From assembly GCA_951406725.2 (NCBI GenBank), contig OX597821.1:114204001-114268000 (forward strand): a DNA stretch of 64,000 nucleotides, read 5' to 3'. Positions 1 through 13,289 of the stretch are shown here, one piece after another. Within the stretch, counting starts at the first letter, position 1; each line of letters opens with the position of its first letter. The DNA comes from Octopus vulgaris. Its lineage: Eukaryota. The notes beneath the pieces were generated by a model that searched no databases, was not told the DNA's origin, and worked only from the letters and a program-made list of their open reading frames with translations. Position numbers and translations under genes: made by a program.

Positions 1-131
1 TTTCTTCTAATTTTTCTAAATTTAATTATTTAATCGTTACAGTTGAAAAGGTCTCAAAATGACCGAAACCGGTACTGAAATGTTCACTATAAAATTATTT
101 TAGCATTTTCTATTTTTGACTTGTTTTTTCA

Positions 132-171
<40 letters not shown>

Positions 172-187
172 TGTATATATATACATT

Positions 188-286
<99 letters not shown>

Positions 287-402
287 AAAAAAAGTCAAGG
301 GAGGAAATGCTAAAATCATTTTTAAAAAAACATTTTTTCAGTACCGGTTTCGGTCACTAAGACTTTAAAGTATGAAAAACAATTAAATTTTGGAAAAATT
401 AA
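1..402. repeat. Inverted-repeat element whose arms converge on a (TA)n(TG)n tract; Penelope pLTR-like
   Basis: 60-80 TGACCGAAACCGGTACTGAAA is the exact reverse complement of 336-356. Weaker complementarity at 98-130/286-316 and 7-31/378-402. The loop is the microsatellite at 131-284. Confidence 0.75.
40..77 (+). ncRNA. Degenerate type-I hammerhead motif (U3, G8->A; probably inactive)
   Basis: cag-TTGAAAA-GGTC-tcaaaat-GACC-GAAAC-CG-GTA-ctg: stems I, II and III in canonical order, core mutated. Confidence 0.6.
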
Positions 403-521
403 GTGAAAATTCTATTACAATATTTGCATAGTATTCAAAGACAAGGGGCATTTTCTTTCTTTCTGCCTGTCTCTGTCTCTCTTGTTTACTCGACGTATGT
501 ATATGTACATATACATATACA

Positions 522-670
522 TTCCCAACTACATGGTTCCAGGTTCAGTCCCACTGCGGAGCACCTTGGGCAAGTGTCTTCTACTATAGACACGGGCCTA
601 CCAAAACCTTGTGAATGGATTTGATAGACGGAAACTGAAAGAAGCCCGTCGCATATACATATATATATAT

Positions 671-745
<75 letters not shown>

Positions 746-920
746 TGTATGTATGTATGCATGTATGTATTTGTATGTATGTATTTGTGTATCTGTGTTT
801 GTAGCATCGCTTGATAACCGATGTCGGTGTGTTTACGTCCCAGTAACTTAGCGGTTCGGTAAAAGAGAGAATAAATCATGGCCGCAGTCAAATGACTGAA
901 ACAATTAGAAGAATAAAAGA
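522..920 (+). mobile_element. tRNA-derived SINE, family B (internal microsatellite)
   Basis: B-box GGTTCAGTCCC, CCTTGGGCAAGT core, and CATGGCCGCAGTCAAATGACTGAAAC tail; similar to 33864-34265. Confidence 0.85.
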
Positions 921-931
921 ATGTGTGTGTG

Positions 932-1117
932 TAGGGAGAATTCACAAAAAAAAAACACAAGATGAAGGCAGGTGGTGTAGACAACAAACAGATGTATTAG
1001 TATAACGCTCGGGAAGCGAAAAAGTCTTTCACTTTTCGAGCCTAAGCTCTTCCACAGAAAGGAACACAGAAAGAAACAAGGAGAGAAAATAAAGATTGTG
1101 TAGCGGCTAGTGATCAC
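932..1117 (-). mobile_element. ~185-bp repeat with variant hammerhead-like motif (copy 1 of 3)
   Basis: Reverse complement of 19935-20125 and 43400-43583; motif at 1026-1061. Confidence 0.8.
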
Positions 1118-1657
1118 GCTGCGCCCAGTTACATACGCGTATGTGTATGCACGTAAACATACTTATCACATACACATTGCTCATGCCTACACACACAAAT
1201 GTATACGCACATGCAGTCACATATATATATATATATACACACAAACGCATGTATTGCACTGACACATACAAACGTTCACAGGTTCACAGGCAAACCACCC
1301 TCGCGTGTAACCGTTCTACTAATGTTCTCCCAGTTAGATTCCACTGTCTGCTAGATACCATTTAATATTACAATTGGCAGCGATTGCATCCTTCTATTGG
1401 CATCGAATTCTTGTGAAATACTCCGAATTACAAGTATTTAGAGCCCCGAACTAGTTACACCTGTTGAAAGATAACTGCTGAGAAGCGGTCCTTCCTCTGT
1501 GATGCATTGCAGCTGGATACCTACCAACAATCTGTCTTATTTTTATGTGTCCCAACACTGTTACCTTCTCATGTACACACTCACACATACACTCACGCAC
1601 ACACTCTCACACATACATACACTTAGACACACAGACACACAGACACACAGACACACA

Positions 1658-1695
<38 letters not shown>

Positions 1696-1855
1696 AATAC
1701 ACATTTTACTTAGCAGGAGTTATATAAACACTCAGCATAGATCAATGTTAAACTCTACATCCTAGCTCGTTCTGTCAGAAATAGCAAGCAAATCTCTCTC
1801 TCTTTTTCTCTCTTTATCTTTATCTCTCTCTTTCTCTCTCTCTTACTCTCTCTCT

Positions 1856-1899
<44 letters not shown>

Positions 1900-2727
1900 T
1901 TCTCTGTCGTCTTAAAAAGAAAAAATGAAAGCACTGGAAAATTTAGACCTAGAAACTCTGTCTGAAAAACAAAGATGGGATGGTCACGACTAGAATTCCT
2001 TTGATTATCAGAACATAGAACTGGCCTAGGGCTAAACAGTAACACTAACAAATTACATGTGCCTCGATTACAATATTAAAATTTCAATTATTTCAATCAT
2101 GTTCTTTGATCACTAACAAAAGACTATATCGTAATGCCTGGTTACGAACAGAAAACTATATTGTAATGCCGGAAATCGTGGATTTTTGTAACTCATTGAT
2201 GAACAAACCTTTCTGAAATTATGACCAGAAACTAATTTAAACAGACCAAGAGAAAAATTAGAACCTTAATGGTTTGTGTTCTATTGTAGATCAAATATCC
2301 TACAAGACCAGTTATTTAACTGTGATTCCCAGGATATTAAATGAAGGCGGGATAAATGTTAAGATTAGATTTAAGTCAATGGTAACTTCCCCTGAATATC
2401 TTGGTATTAATCCCGGTGCCAGAGAAATAGAATTAAGAGATATAATCGGAACAGTTGGGGGAAAATGGCTGAGATATAAATCGTCGTTAATAAGGCAATT
2501 TATTTTATTAATTTTTGTCTATGGAATTTTTTAATTACTTTCAGAAGCAGCAAAAAAGTAATTATTAATTTAGTTGACAAGGATATTTAATTGAATTCTG
2601 AGTATTTTGCGGATGTTGGATGTAAAAAGGACATTAGTTTAAGTAAACAGCTTTTAATATATTGATCTATCGATTGTTTCTGACTGAGGGGAAGAGAATT
2701 GACTGGTACATATTTTGTTCCTACTCG

Positions 2728-2994
2728 AGCCATGCCTGGCTCATTAGGGCCATTTTCCTGGTTTCCGTGAAGTATAGGTTCCCCACCTAGACGGGACGCC
2801 GGTTTGTCGCAGGTGAGCTGCAAGATGCAAGAGAAAAGAGTGAGAGAAAGTTGTGGCGAAAGAGTCAGCAGAAGTTCTCCATTACCTAAGCTGGAGCTTA
2901 GGTGTTTCGCTCATAAACACACACATCGCCCGGTCTGAGATTCGAACCCGCGATCCCTCGACCGCGAGTCCGCTGCTCTAACCACTAGGCCATG
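2728..2994 (-). mobile_element. tRNA-derived SINE, family C variant
   Basis: Minus-strand head TGGCCTAGTGGTTAGAGCAGCGGACTCGCGG...GGTTCGAATC (A/B boxes); body shared with 60350-60706. Confidence 0.8.
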
Positions 2995-3222
2995 TGGTAC
3001 ATATTTTCCGTCTGACTGATCAACAGCTCTCGAAAACAACTATGACTTGGATACCATTTGACGGCAGGCGTACAAGGGGCAGGCCGAAGATCACTTGGAA
3101 GGGACAAATATTCCAAGATCATCTGAAGACAGCCAACGTGGAATGGATATGCAAGAGCAGTAGCCGACCAAATCTTGCCGCCCAATGCGCTGCGCAGCGC
3201 AAGAAGACCTACAACTAAAGTT
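2995..3222 (+). mobile_element. RTE-clade LINE 3' end fragment
   Basis: Translation HIFRLTDQQLSKTTMTWIPFDGRRTRGRPKITW matches the RTE C-terminal 'R.RGRP..TW' motif. Confidence 0.7.
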
Positions 3223-3639
3223 AAAAACTTGATTGGTACTTTATTTTATAGACCCCGAAAGAATGTAAGGCAAAGATGACCTTGGCGTAACTTGAACTCA
3301 AAATTTAAAAACTTCGAACAAATACCTTGCCAGCTCCCGACTTAACGTTTATAAAGTTATGGTTTTACCTCAAGACGATCTGTAGTTGCTGACATACAAA
3401 GAAGAATTAGGTTTTCTTAGTATTCAGCAAAATTTTTATATCAAAACTAGTTGTTAAAACAATATCTGACCTTAATATAAATTCAATGCTCAGAAAACGC
3501 TTAAACGACTTTCTTGCATTTGTTATACGCGTGACGTTTAAGTCAACGTTGCCTTCCAGAATACCGAGATCGAAAAAATATAGTACTAATTAAGTACTGG
3601 GTTCACATTATTATTTCTATAAAGCAGAATTGTGGATTG

Positions 3640-3830
3640 GCGGAATCGTAAGAGGTTCGGCAAAAATACTCTGCAGTATTTGTTCTGATCCTTTAAAGTT
3701 CTGATTTCAAATCCCTCTAATGTTATCTTTGACTTTCGTCCTTCCAGAATCAAAAGAACAAAATAAAGTATCGACCAAAAACTGAAGTCGATGTAATTGC
3801 TGGCCTTGTGTCTAAATTGAAAGCCATTAT
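3640..3830 (+). mobile_element. SINE family A (degenerate)
   Basis: Diverged match to 22239-22470. Confidence 0.65.
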
Positions 3831-5188
3831 TTTCGAAAAGAGCATCCAGGAATCCTGGGAAGCTGGAGACGTGTGACTTAGGTGTTGCACTCACGATCGC
3901 CTGGATCGGGTGGCGTGTAGTGTTTTTCTCGAGCAAAACACTTCATCTCACGTTATACAAGTGCTGTGTGGAGACTGGCACGAGAAATAATAGAACCAAA
4001 GTTTCCTCTGCATGTCATAAAAATAGGCGACTTAAAGAGGTTCAAGTAGGATTTGCACTCCGACCTCGTAAAACCCTCACCGACTACCCAAAAGGACCCA
4101 TGGGTTGAAATGCTGCAGCCTGAGAGGTGCAAAGGTGTCATCCACCAGGAATAGTAGGGACTCACCAACAAATGATGAATGCAGCGCCACGCTGTTACAG
4201 TGCATTACCCCATACTAATTCTAGTACATCTTAGAGGTAGATGGAATTACTGTCGTTGATGGCATCAAAGACGTTTTTTTTTTTCCAAAAAATGTACTCG
4301 AAATCACCTCGAGTCCTATATGCGAAATAGGGCCTCTCATAAGCTTTAATGCATTAAAGTTGTTTTTCCTTGAATATTTGCTGCTGAAATCAGGGCGCAA
4401 CTAGTATAAACGTGCGTCTTTTATGTCATCAAATACTGTGTGCGTTTTATTGTACGACTTACCGTCAACACCAACGGATGTATCCATTTCTCATCATATC
4501 TATTCTCACAGCTTAAACCCCATTCAAAACGCGTTCAACAGCCCTGATTCCTCCTGCAACCCTTTAAAATCCCTTCCCCCAATCTCTTACCTTTTATCCT
4601 TTATTTTTCATTTGTTTCAGTATTCAATTGCGTTCATACTGGAGCACAACATTGCAGAATTTATTCTTTCTTAATCGCATGAATCGGCACCAGTACTTTT
4701 TCCTAAAAAAAACTGGCACTTATTCTATCGGTCTGTTTTGCCGAACCGCTAAGTTACGGAAACACAAACAAACCAATACCGGTTATTAAGCGGTGGTGGA
4801 AGAAAAACACCGACGCACACAAAGTGTAAGCCGAAGTCGCCTCAGTCTAAAGAAGATTTCTTACATTGGCACAAGACCAATCGTTTCCGTAGTAAGGAAC
4901 GGTCATTTAAACCGAGTTCTGCGTGATCTTCACTCAGAAGCAGAAGAATCTAATTAAGTACTGGAAGGAATTTTGTCCGACGCTTTTACCGATTCCAGCC
5001 ATCCACCGCCCACTCCACCAACCAAAATATAGCACAATACGCACTACGCATGCGCATACACCCACACGTACATAAACACGTATTGTATGTGTATATGTAA
5101 GCATGCAGGCAAGCAAGCACGCATACATATATATATATAAATGTATACACACACACATATACATATACACACACATATATATATATAC

Positions 5189-5219
<31 letters not shown>

Positions 5220-5523
5220 CGTGCATATACACACACACATATATATGTACATAAATATATATATATATTTAGATACATATAGCTATACATACATACATAC
5301 ATATATATGCATATATACATATATATACATATAAATGTATATTTATCCACACACACACACACACTGTTTTATAAACTACACGCTTCATATATTTACATAC
5401 ATGTTTATATGTGAACAGGATGTAGGAATGATCTCTGCCCAGAATTATATACAAAACACAACTTCAAAACGATCTTATACGCACGCTTAGTAAAACAGTC
5501 ACACACACACACAGACAAAATAT

Positions 5524-5572
<49 letters not shown>

Positions 5573-5972
5573 TTTCCCTTGCTTGTAGGTGCTTTTGCTA
5601 GTATGTGTGTTAACAAATGTCAATGTTACAATGACGAATGGTTTGCGAGGATGAAGTATTATACGGTTTAAATCAAACGAAATGCCAAAACACAACACGA
5701 AAAGGGAGACCACCCAAAGAATTCAAGAGAAGTTTACTTCGAGCAGGCGCAGATGAGGCTATTGCAATATTTTATTTTATTGAAGAATTTTAGGTTGCCC
5801 AAGTACTGGCTCCTTCTTCATCGTATTTTTTTATTCAGGAATCTCATTCACTTTGTTTATTCACGGACAAATGCCTAATAAATAACACATAAAAATATAT
5901 ACACGAATAATCATACACAAGTAAGCATATACACACGCATGCATACCTATGTGTCTGTACATATATTATATA

Positions 5973-6030
<58 letters not shown>

Positions 6031-6148
6031 GGCACGTGGCTTAGTGGTTAGGGTGTTCGGCATCTCCTCCAGCTGGTTTATTCAGTGCGCTTCTCGAACC
6101 CAATATTTATTACAAGCAGGAGATAACCCCTGCCACCCTAGCTTCAAG

Positions 6149-6198
6149 CCCACCAGACCACACTGTTTCTACCTGTATTGGATTTCATCAGTGGTGGG
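6149..6198 (-). ncRNA. Type-I hammerhead ribozyme, intact core
   Basis: Minus strand reads CCCACCA-CTGATGA-aATC caataca GGTa-GAAAC-AGTGTG-GTC-TGGTGGG: perfect 7-bp stem I, canonical core, GUC site. AATAAA lies about 45 nt downstream (6106-6111, minus strand). Confidence 0.85.
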
Positions 6199-6295
6199 AA
6201 ATCGTTGCCAAACATGGGAGCAGTTTAACTTCGCTTGCAATATATTAGAAAATAATGTCATACAATTACTGATTATGAAACTAGGAAACTAGCCC

Positions 6296-6372
<77 letters not shown>

Positions 6373-6615
6373 ATTTAAGAATGGTCATTTTGCCAGTTTA
6401 GCCAATAAAAATGCACGCACAATATATTACTATATATTACTAAATATTACAGGCACTCCCCCCCACACACACACACACGCACTAACTAAACATAGACACA
6501 CATAGAGGTATACGCATGCACAAATGAAGACACACAATAGGAATACAAAATACAAAAAAGCTGACCGTTAGTAAGGAGGGACACACAAATAAAAAAAAAA
6601 GAAAGCAAAGGACCA

Positions 6616-6666
6616 CTGATGAGGTCACAAGAGTGTGACGAAAGAACTCTGGCCGAAATAATATTA
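6616..6666 (+). ncRNA. Hammerhead-like motif with eroded stems I and III
   Basis: CTGATGA-GGTCA...TGGCC-GAAAT, with stem II pairing and internal GAGT/ACTC; stem I partner missing. Confidence 0.5.
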
Positions 6667-7720
6667 AGATTAATGTAAAAAATAAATAACGCTGAAGCAA
6701 AGTAACACCAAATATATAATTCCTAAATACAACAAAATCTGTTTCAACACACGATTTCACATCAAAAATCTTGCAAAACAAATATTTATATATATAGTGT
6801 TAATAGTCTAGTTTCCAAAATTTTCCAAACTTTTTGGTTGATGAGGATACCGATATGCACTGCTACCGATTGATAATGCTGGTTAATATTTTAATATTCG
6901 TGAGCTTATGTACTTTCAGTCGGTTGGTTTAACCTATTCTTCGTTTAACCTGTTCTTACGCCTGAAAACTCAGTTGTCTCTAAAGAGACTGCGTGCTTTT
7001 CGGTAGAGGAGAAACGATAAGGAATCAGTTTCAGGAAAACAGAGAATAGAGAATAACCAATGATTTATTATGCACTCATAGGTGGACAGAATATGGAGAG
7101 ACGCGTGAAGCGAGGGTGCTTGAGTAGCAAAGGTACAACACCACCCGGATTCGAGGAGAAAGTTCACGGATCCTAAAAGAAATTTCTCTAAAAGTCATAC
7201 CTTACCATCTTAAGCAAAGGAATGAGACATTCAAGGCTATAGATTTCCTATGTCCAAGAAATTCGGCAAGTTGACGGCTCGAATTCTTGTTGAGCGTAGA
7301 TCTGGTTATTAACAACAACAACAACAACAACAACAGCAACAGTAACCTCATCGCTCGACTATATACACACATAACAAGCCATTCACTTTATAGACGCACA
7401 CAAATGAGAGTATCTGCGTTGTATATATAATTCGGAATATCTGCAAATCTAACCAAATATGTTATTTCTCTTCCACTTCTTATCTTTCTTATCTGGCCCA
7501 TTGTTTATAGCTTCCATAGCTACCGGTGAAAGCTGACTGTAAGAACAACATTAGAACGTTCTCTAAGGAAGTTTCGTTTCATAGAAGTTCTTTTTTTTTT
7601 TTTCAATTTATCTTAGAATAAAATCTTTTTGATAAAAAAAAACAAATGCGCTCGCGCGCGTTTGTGTACGCGCGTCGGAGTGTGTGCGTATGTAGCGTGT
7701 GTGTATTCATGGATATGTAT

Positions 7721-7782
<62 letters not shown>

Positions 7783-8520
7783 TATTTTCTTATCTCAAAG
7801 GTATTTGAAACAACTTCCGTGTTTTGAAAATCTTACGTTATTCATCTACTATTTCCACCAATGGTTTCTCTCTTATTCCTACGTTTTCAACCCCCGGTAA
7901 ACACTATTTTGCAAGGACACTACTCACATGCAATACAGTGCTTATTTAACGTGAACGTGTTTATTTACTTTGATATTAGATGAGTAGATAAGCCAGGTTG
8001 TAGCTAGTGTTTTTAATACGTTAATCTGATTGGTTGAAATTGTTTAGTATGACAGGAAAACTGTCCTTTTTTAACTTTCACTGTTTGCGTGTGTTAGAAA
8101 TTAAAATATGTTATTGTGGAATAAAGGAATCGCAAATTAATCCGAAAACCCAGTCTTCAGTGATGTGATAGTGCTAACAATAATGAGTTCTAATTCAGAC
8201 ACAAATCAGAAATTTTGAGGATAGGGTTAAGTCGACATCATTGATACCAGTAATTTACTGGTGCATTATCTTCATCCAGGATCTTTTCAATCTCAATCAC
8301 AGATTTTTTAATTAAATTTTTTTTAACTAAACAGTTTGGAACTTCGGATACTGGTTGAATGTGTCACGTAGAACAGGGTTTACTCTTAACGTTTTTGACA
8401 AAATTTTGTATTTTAGAAGTTATTTCGTGTTAAAGTTGTCGTATTTGGGTAATTTTAAGCCAATCAATGACGTGTATTCAGCTGAAGAAAGTTACTGCTG
8501 TTTGCGGCGGCGGCAGCGGC

Positions 8521-8629
8521 GAAGAAGAAGAAGAAGAAGAAGAAGAAGAAGAAGAAGAAGAAGAAGAAGAAGAAGAAGAAGAAGAAGAAGAAGAAGAAGA
8601 AGAAGAAGAAGAAGAAGAAGAAGAAGAAG

Positions 8630-8660
<31 letters not shown>
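8521..8660 (+). repeat. (GAA)n-(CAA)n microsatellite
   Basis: Direct observation. Confidence 0.95.
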
Positions 8661-9185
8661 GACATATAAAAGAGCAGAAGGCAATGGTTTAAGGTATGCA
8701 GCGTGAATAAAGTAGAATGCAGAGTCTCTGGTGAGGTGCGTCAGGAAAAAATGTATGCAGGAAAATTGTCAAGTTTGATTAATTTGTTATGCCATGGAGA
8801 AAAGAAGAATCTGGCTTCTAAAAATGTCTTCAATACTTTCGTTTTTTTTCTTTTCTGCTTTTGTTTTTTTTATATATATATTAGCTGAGTCTGCGAGATG
8901 TAGTGCCATTCACCTTGGCAGGACCTCCGCGACCCATTGGAGTGATACTGTTAAATGTTATGTTTAAACCTGTGGTAGATCAACACCTGAATGAAAGAAA
9001 AGAGGAGCAGGATGAGGGAAAGCCTTCGTTAAGCTTCTCCAAACTCACCAACATCACAATATAACGCTGATTAGGTTGGAGCAGTGTTGTTGTTGTTGTT
9101 CTTTATATCCAGGCCACTCCTATCGAACTGGCCCTCACTCCTTAATCGAAACAGTTTTGATTATACCCGACTTGTCTTTAACACA

Positions 9186-9491
9186 CTGGCTCTCCGTCGT
9201 TTACGACGACGAGGGTTCCTGTTGATCCGATCAACGGAACAGCCTGCTCGTGAAATTTACGGGTAAGTGGCTGAGCACTCCACAGACACGCGTACCCTTA
9301 ACGTAGTTCTCAGAGAAATTCAGCATAACGCAAAATGTGACGAGGCTAGCCCCTTTGTATTACATGTAGAACTCATTTTTGCCAGCTGAGTGAACTAGAG
9401 CAATGTGAAATAAAATGTCTTGCCCAAGGACACAACGCGCTGCCGTGACTCGATCGTGACTCGATTTTCCTAACCACTAAGCCACGTGCCT
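9186..9491 (-). mobile_element. tRNA-derived SINE with family C tail
   Basis: Head GGCACGTGGCTTAGTGGTTAGG; tail GCAGGCTGTTCCGTTGATCGGATCAAC shared with 60350-60706. Confidence 0.8.
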
Positions 9492-9739
9492 TCACACTAA
9501 AGTCTTTAATATTGGTACATAATCTAGTGTCTAGATGTATAAACACACGCTTGCATACTGGTCCTTTTCTACGTGTTCCTGTTCTCAGAAAAAGATAGCG
9601 AAACCTCAAATTTTTCATATTTCTTCAATCTTATTTATGTGAGATTCCTCCGGCTCATCTTTCGGGGGCATTTTGAAGTCCCTCCCCCACTACCGTTTCT
9701 TTCTTTTTTAAATAGAAGTATATCATTTTCATCTTCATT

Positions 9740-10051
9740 CTTTCTTGAATAAGGCTTTCGAGCAAGGAACCACCATCTTTGTAACGTAAATCATCCATTT
9801 CTCCTCCTTTCTTTCGCTTAGAATCAATCATTTTAACTCATAACGTTTGCAAAACATGGCACTCACCTCAGAACTTTATATCCTGGATCGTTTTGTGGTT
9901 TTATTGTATCAAGAGGACTTGGGTATCAAGAAGACACATCGCCAAAGGTTACTCCAGTGTTGACTTACTTGTATAATATTGTGCTACGAAAAAACTGACC
10001 ATCAACTGGACGTCAACGTCGTTAATAATGGTCGTTCTCACGGTGATTCTA
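9740..10051 (-). mobile_element. Old repeat, possibly a LINE AP-endonuclease relic (inverted paralog of 12463-12770)
   Basis: Reverse complement aligns to 12463-12770. Peptides RITVRTTIINDVDVQLMVSFFVAQ and RITVKDVIVNDDNV*LVVIFVAQ loosely resemble the APE 'SAYAPQ' region. Confidence 0.45.
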
Positions 10052-10344
10052 GTTATTTCGATTAAGGAGTGAGGTCTGTTCGATAGGAGTGACCTGGATA
10101 TAAACAACAACAACAATAACAACACCAACAACAACAACAACATCCGCAACAGCAATAACAACTTCAGCAACAAAGAGGTATTAGTCCGTGGGCAATGTGT
10201 GCCATACACTTAGTCTGTTTCTTCATCCAGTCTTCAGTTTGAGTATCATGTGTCTTCCTCCGCACTTGAACCTGTCACTAATTTACTGTATTACTTTATC
10301 AAATATATTACATCTTATTGTAGATGTGTAATAGCTTTGTCGGT

Positions 10345-10703
10345 CTTTTATCTTTCCTGTTTCAATCCTTGAACTGCGGTCATGCTGGAGCATTGCCTTG
10401 ACGGGTTTAGTCAAACAAATCGACCCCCAGTAATTATTTTTCTGAAGTCTGTTGCTTATTCTACCAGTCGCTTTTCGCTGAACGGCTAAACTGCAGGGAC
10501 GTAAATAAACCAACTCATGTAGCCAAACGATGATGGGGACAAGAACAAAGACACACACACACATAAGACGGGCTTCCACACAGTTTCTATTTAGCAAATT
10601 CGCACACGAGGCATTAGCCACTCCGGGGCTATAGAAGAAAACACTTGTGCAAGGTGCCACACCGTGGAACCGAACTCTAAACTACGTGGCTGCAAAGTAA
10701 GCT
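10345..10703 (-). mobile_element. SINE family B
   Basis: Reverse-complement similarity to 33864-34265. Confidence 0.8.
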
Positions 10704-11240
10704 AGAACTTTATATAATTTTCACTCCAGTCCTTTTCCAGTTTTAAAAATATCCATTCTTCACTCTCAGACTTTATATTTTATTTCCTTATCCATAATGT
10801 ATCCACACCCAACCCATTCTCTCATCTCACTAAAAACTTCCCAAACATTTAAATTTCCTGCCAAAATCTCTTCTGTCTCCACCCGAATTATCCCGCTATC
10901 ATACTTTCTTCTCTACCCTTCGTTATTTTAGTTTTTCTTATCTCTACCACCAGCAGTTCTACATTATTATTCTTCACGTACCAACTACACTATTGTGATC
11001 ACCCTGTATATATTTTTCATGTACGAATTATCCTGTTCCCTCTTTTTTTGTTGTTGTCAGTTTTTGTTTTGCTTTATCTTGTATTCTTTAGTGGAATCTA
11101 TTAAAACCACGTTTACAATGCAATGCTCCATATTTAGTATTGTTTCTCGAATGTTCCAATCTAAGCAAATCCCTTATTTGTTCCATTTTAGAGTTCCTGT
11201 TACCCATATATTAATACGTCTCATTATATTATGCAAAAGA

Positions 11241-11450
11241 AGGCGGCAAGATGGCAGATCCGTTAGTACGATGGGCAAAATGTTTAGCGGCATTTCGCCG
11301 TTATTACTTTCTGAGCTCAAATTCCGAGGCCGCCTTTTCATCTTTTCGTGGTCGGTAAAATAAGTACCAGTTGAACACTGAGGTCGATGTAATTAACTCA
11401 TCCTTTCCCTCAAAATTGCTGCCCTTGTGGCAAAATTTGAAAGCATTATA
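11241..11450 (+). mobile_element. SINE family A
   Basis: GGCGGCAAGATGGCAGA head plus central core similar to 22239-22470. Confidence 0.75.
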
Positions 11451-11670
11451 TTATTATTTAAAATATACATCATGGACTTTAAATTAACACCTGAAACTAC
11501 TTTGACTTAACCCTTTCCAAAATATCCCTTCATCTGAAGTCCTTTATCTAATCTAGTTATGTCATACCTCAGTATATGTAACCTGTATCTATCTCGTAAT
11601 TTTTTTATCTGGTTATTATCATTTCCATTATGTTATTTTCTTTTTCTTTCATTTCATTATTAAAACTTCT

Positions 11671-11880
11671 CAAGCTAGCAGAATCGTTAGGATGCTAGAC
11701 AAAGTAATTCGAGACGTTTCTACTAGCTTCACGTTCTGAGTTCAAATTCTGCCGATGTCGATTTTGCTCTTCATCCTTTCGAGGTCGATAAAATAAGTAC
11801 CAGTCAAGTGCCTGGATCGATGTAATGGACTAACCCCTTTCCCACAAAGTCCAGGCCTTTCTACTATAAGTAGAAAGAAT
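11671..11880 (+). mobile_element. SINE family A
   Basis: GAGTTCAAATTC B-box; TTCATCCTTTCGAGGTCGATAAAATAAGTACC core. Confidence 0.8.
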
Positions 11881-12462
11881 TCTTAAAAACTTCTCATGCT
11901 TTCATCCAAATCCAAGCAAATATCTTCACGAAATATCTGGACTCTATGTGATCAGTAAAGTTTTAAGTCTTCATGCATTTCAAACAGTTTAAAGCCAACC
12001 AGAAAGACAAAATGGTTTACTTCATCATGGCAGTCTTTAAAACTTATGACATCCTTTGTCATATTTAGTCGCAGTTATACAAGTCACAAAAAGCAAAGGG
12101 AACAAGTTTATTTTCGTGAAAAATTCTTTTGATATAAATACTTTCTATTCTTATTGCAGAATAACTCAATTTAGTTTTTCACTGCAGATGGAACTATATC
12201 GACAAATTTGTGCAACAAGATTCATGGAGATTAAGTTACCAGTGAATTTTCAGTCGGAAGCTCTTTCCTTGCGACTTCCAATGAATGATATAAGCAACTC
12301 TTATCGATACGTGGAAGGAAATTTCCTACTTCGGTTGACAGAAAGCCTATGACGCAGTATAATTTGTATTCTAAACTGAAGACGGAACGTAGAAACAAAC
12401 AAGGTGTGTGGACCACGAGACTATAGACTGATATCATTATATTAGGGATGAAGAAACACATC

Positions 12463-12770
12463 AAGGATTACTGTAAAGGACGTCATTGTTAACGACGATA
12501 ACGTCTAGCTGGTGGTCATTTTCGTAGCACAACATGGGCATATAGTCGGCACTGACGTGGTTTGTGGTGATATGCAGTCGGTTGGGATCTCTGTGAATCT
12601 ACAAATCCTCACAGGAACACGAAACGATCCTGGGGAGTGTGCTATTTTTTGCAAACGTTTATAAGTTAAGAAGGCTGGTGCTACACGAAAGGAAAAGAAG
12701 GAACTGGTGATTAATGTCTCACTGTTGGTGCTTCCTTGCTCGAAACCTTAATGCAGGAAAGGGTAATGAT
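12463..12770 (+). mobile_element. Old repeat, paralog of 9740-10051
   Basis: Shared blocks TTAACGACG, TTTTCGTAGCACAA, TTTTGCAAACGTT and TTCCTTGCTCGAAA. Confidence 0.5.
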
Positions 12771-12828
12771 ATTTCGAATAGGGTAGAGACTCCCATTTGC
12801 CCTTAAAACAGGAAATGGAAAAACCTCT

Positions 12829-12870
12829 ATAGTAGTAGTAGTAGTAGTGGTGGTGGTGGTGGTGGTGGTG

Positions 12871-12923
<53 letters not shown>

Positions 12924-12939
12924 GGTGGTGGTGGTGGTG

Positions 12940-12988
<49 letters not shown>

Positions 12989-13058
12989 AAGTAGTGGTGG
13001 TGATGGTAGTAGTAGTAGTAGTATTACTGGTGATGGTGGTGGTGGTGGTGGTGGTGGT
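12829..13058 (+). repeat. (TAG)n/(TGG)n compound microsatellite
   Basis: Direct observation. Confidence 0.95.
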
Positions 13059-13289
13059 AAAAATATTACTATTACTGCTACCACAACTGCTAGAACAACG
13101 TCAATAATGACGGCGAGTGTTTTACTAAACTGTGTGATAATTACATTTTAACTTGTATGAATGAATATTCGAAATTAACACTTGGAGCTATTATTGAAAA
13201 ATGTACATGATGAGAGTTGATGTGAAAAAGAAGAAAATTAATTTTGATCACCAGAACTTATCATTATTATTATCATTGTTGTTGTTTTT

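Noticed and set aside
6031-6060. tRNA-like sequence (also at other SINE heads)
   Set aside because: These are SINE heads without a complete cloverleaf, not tRNA genes.
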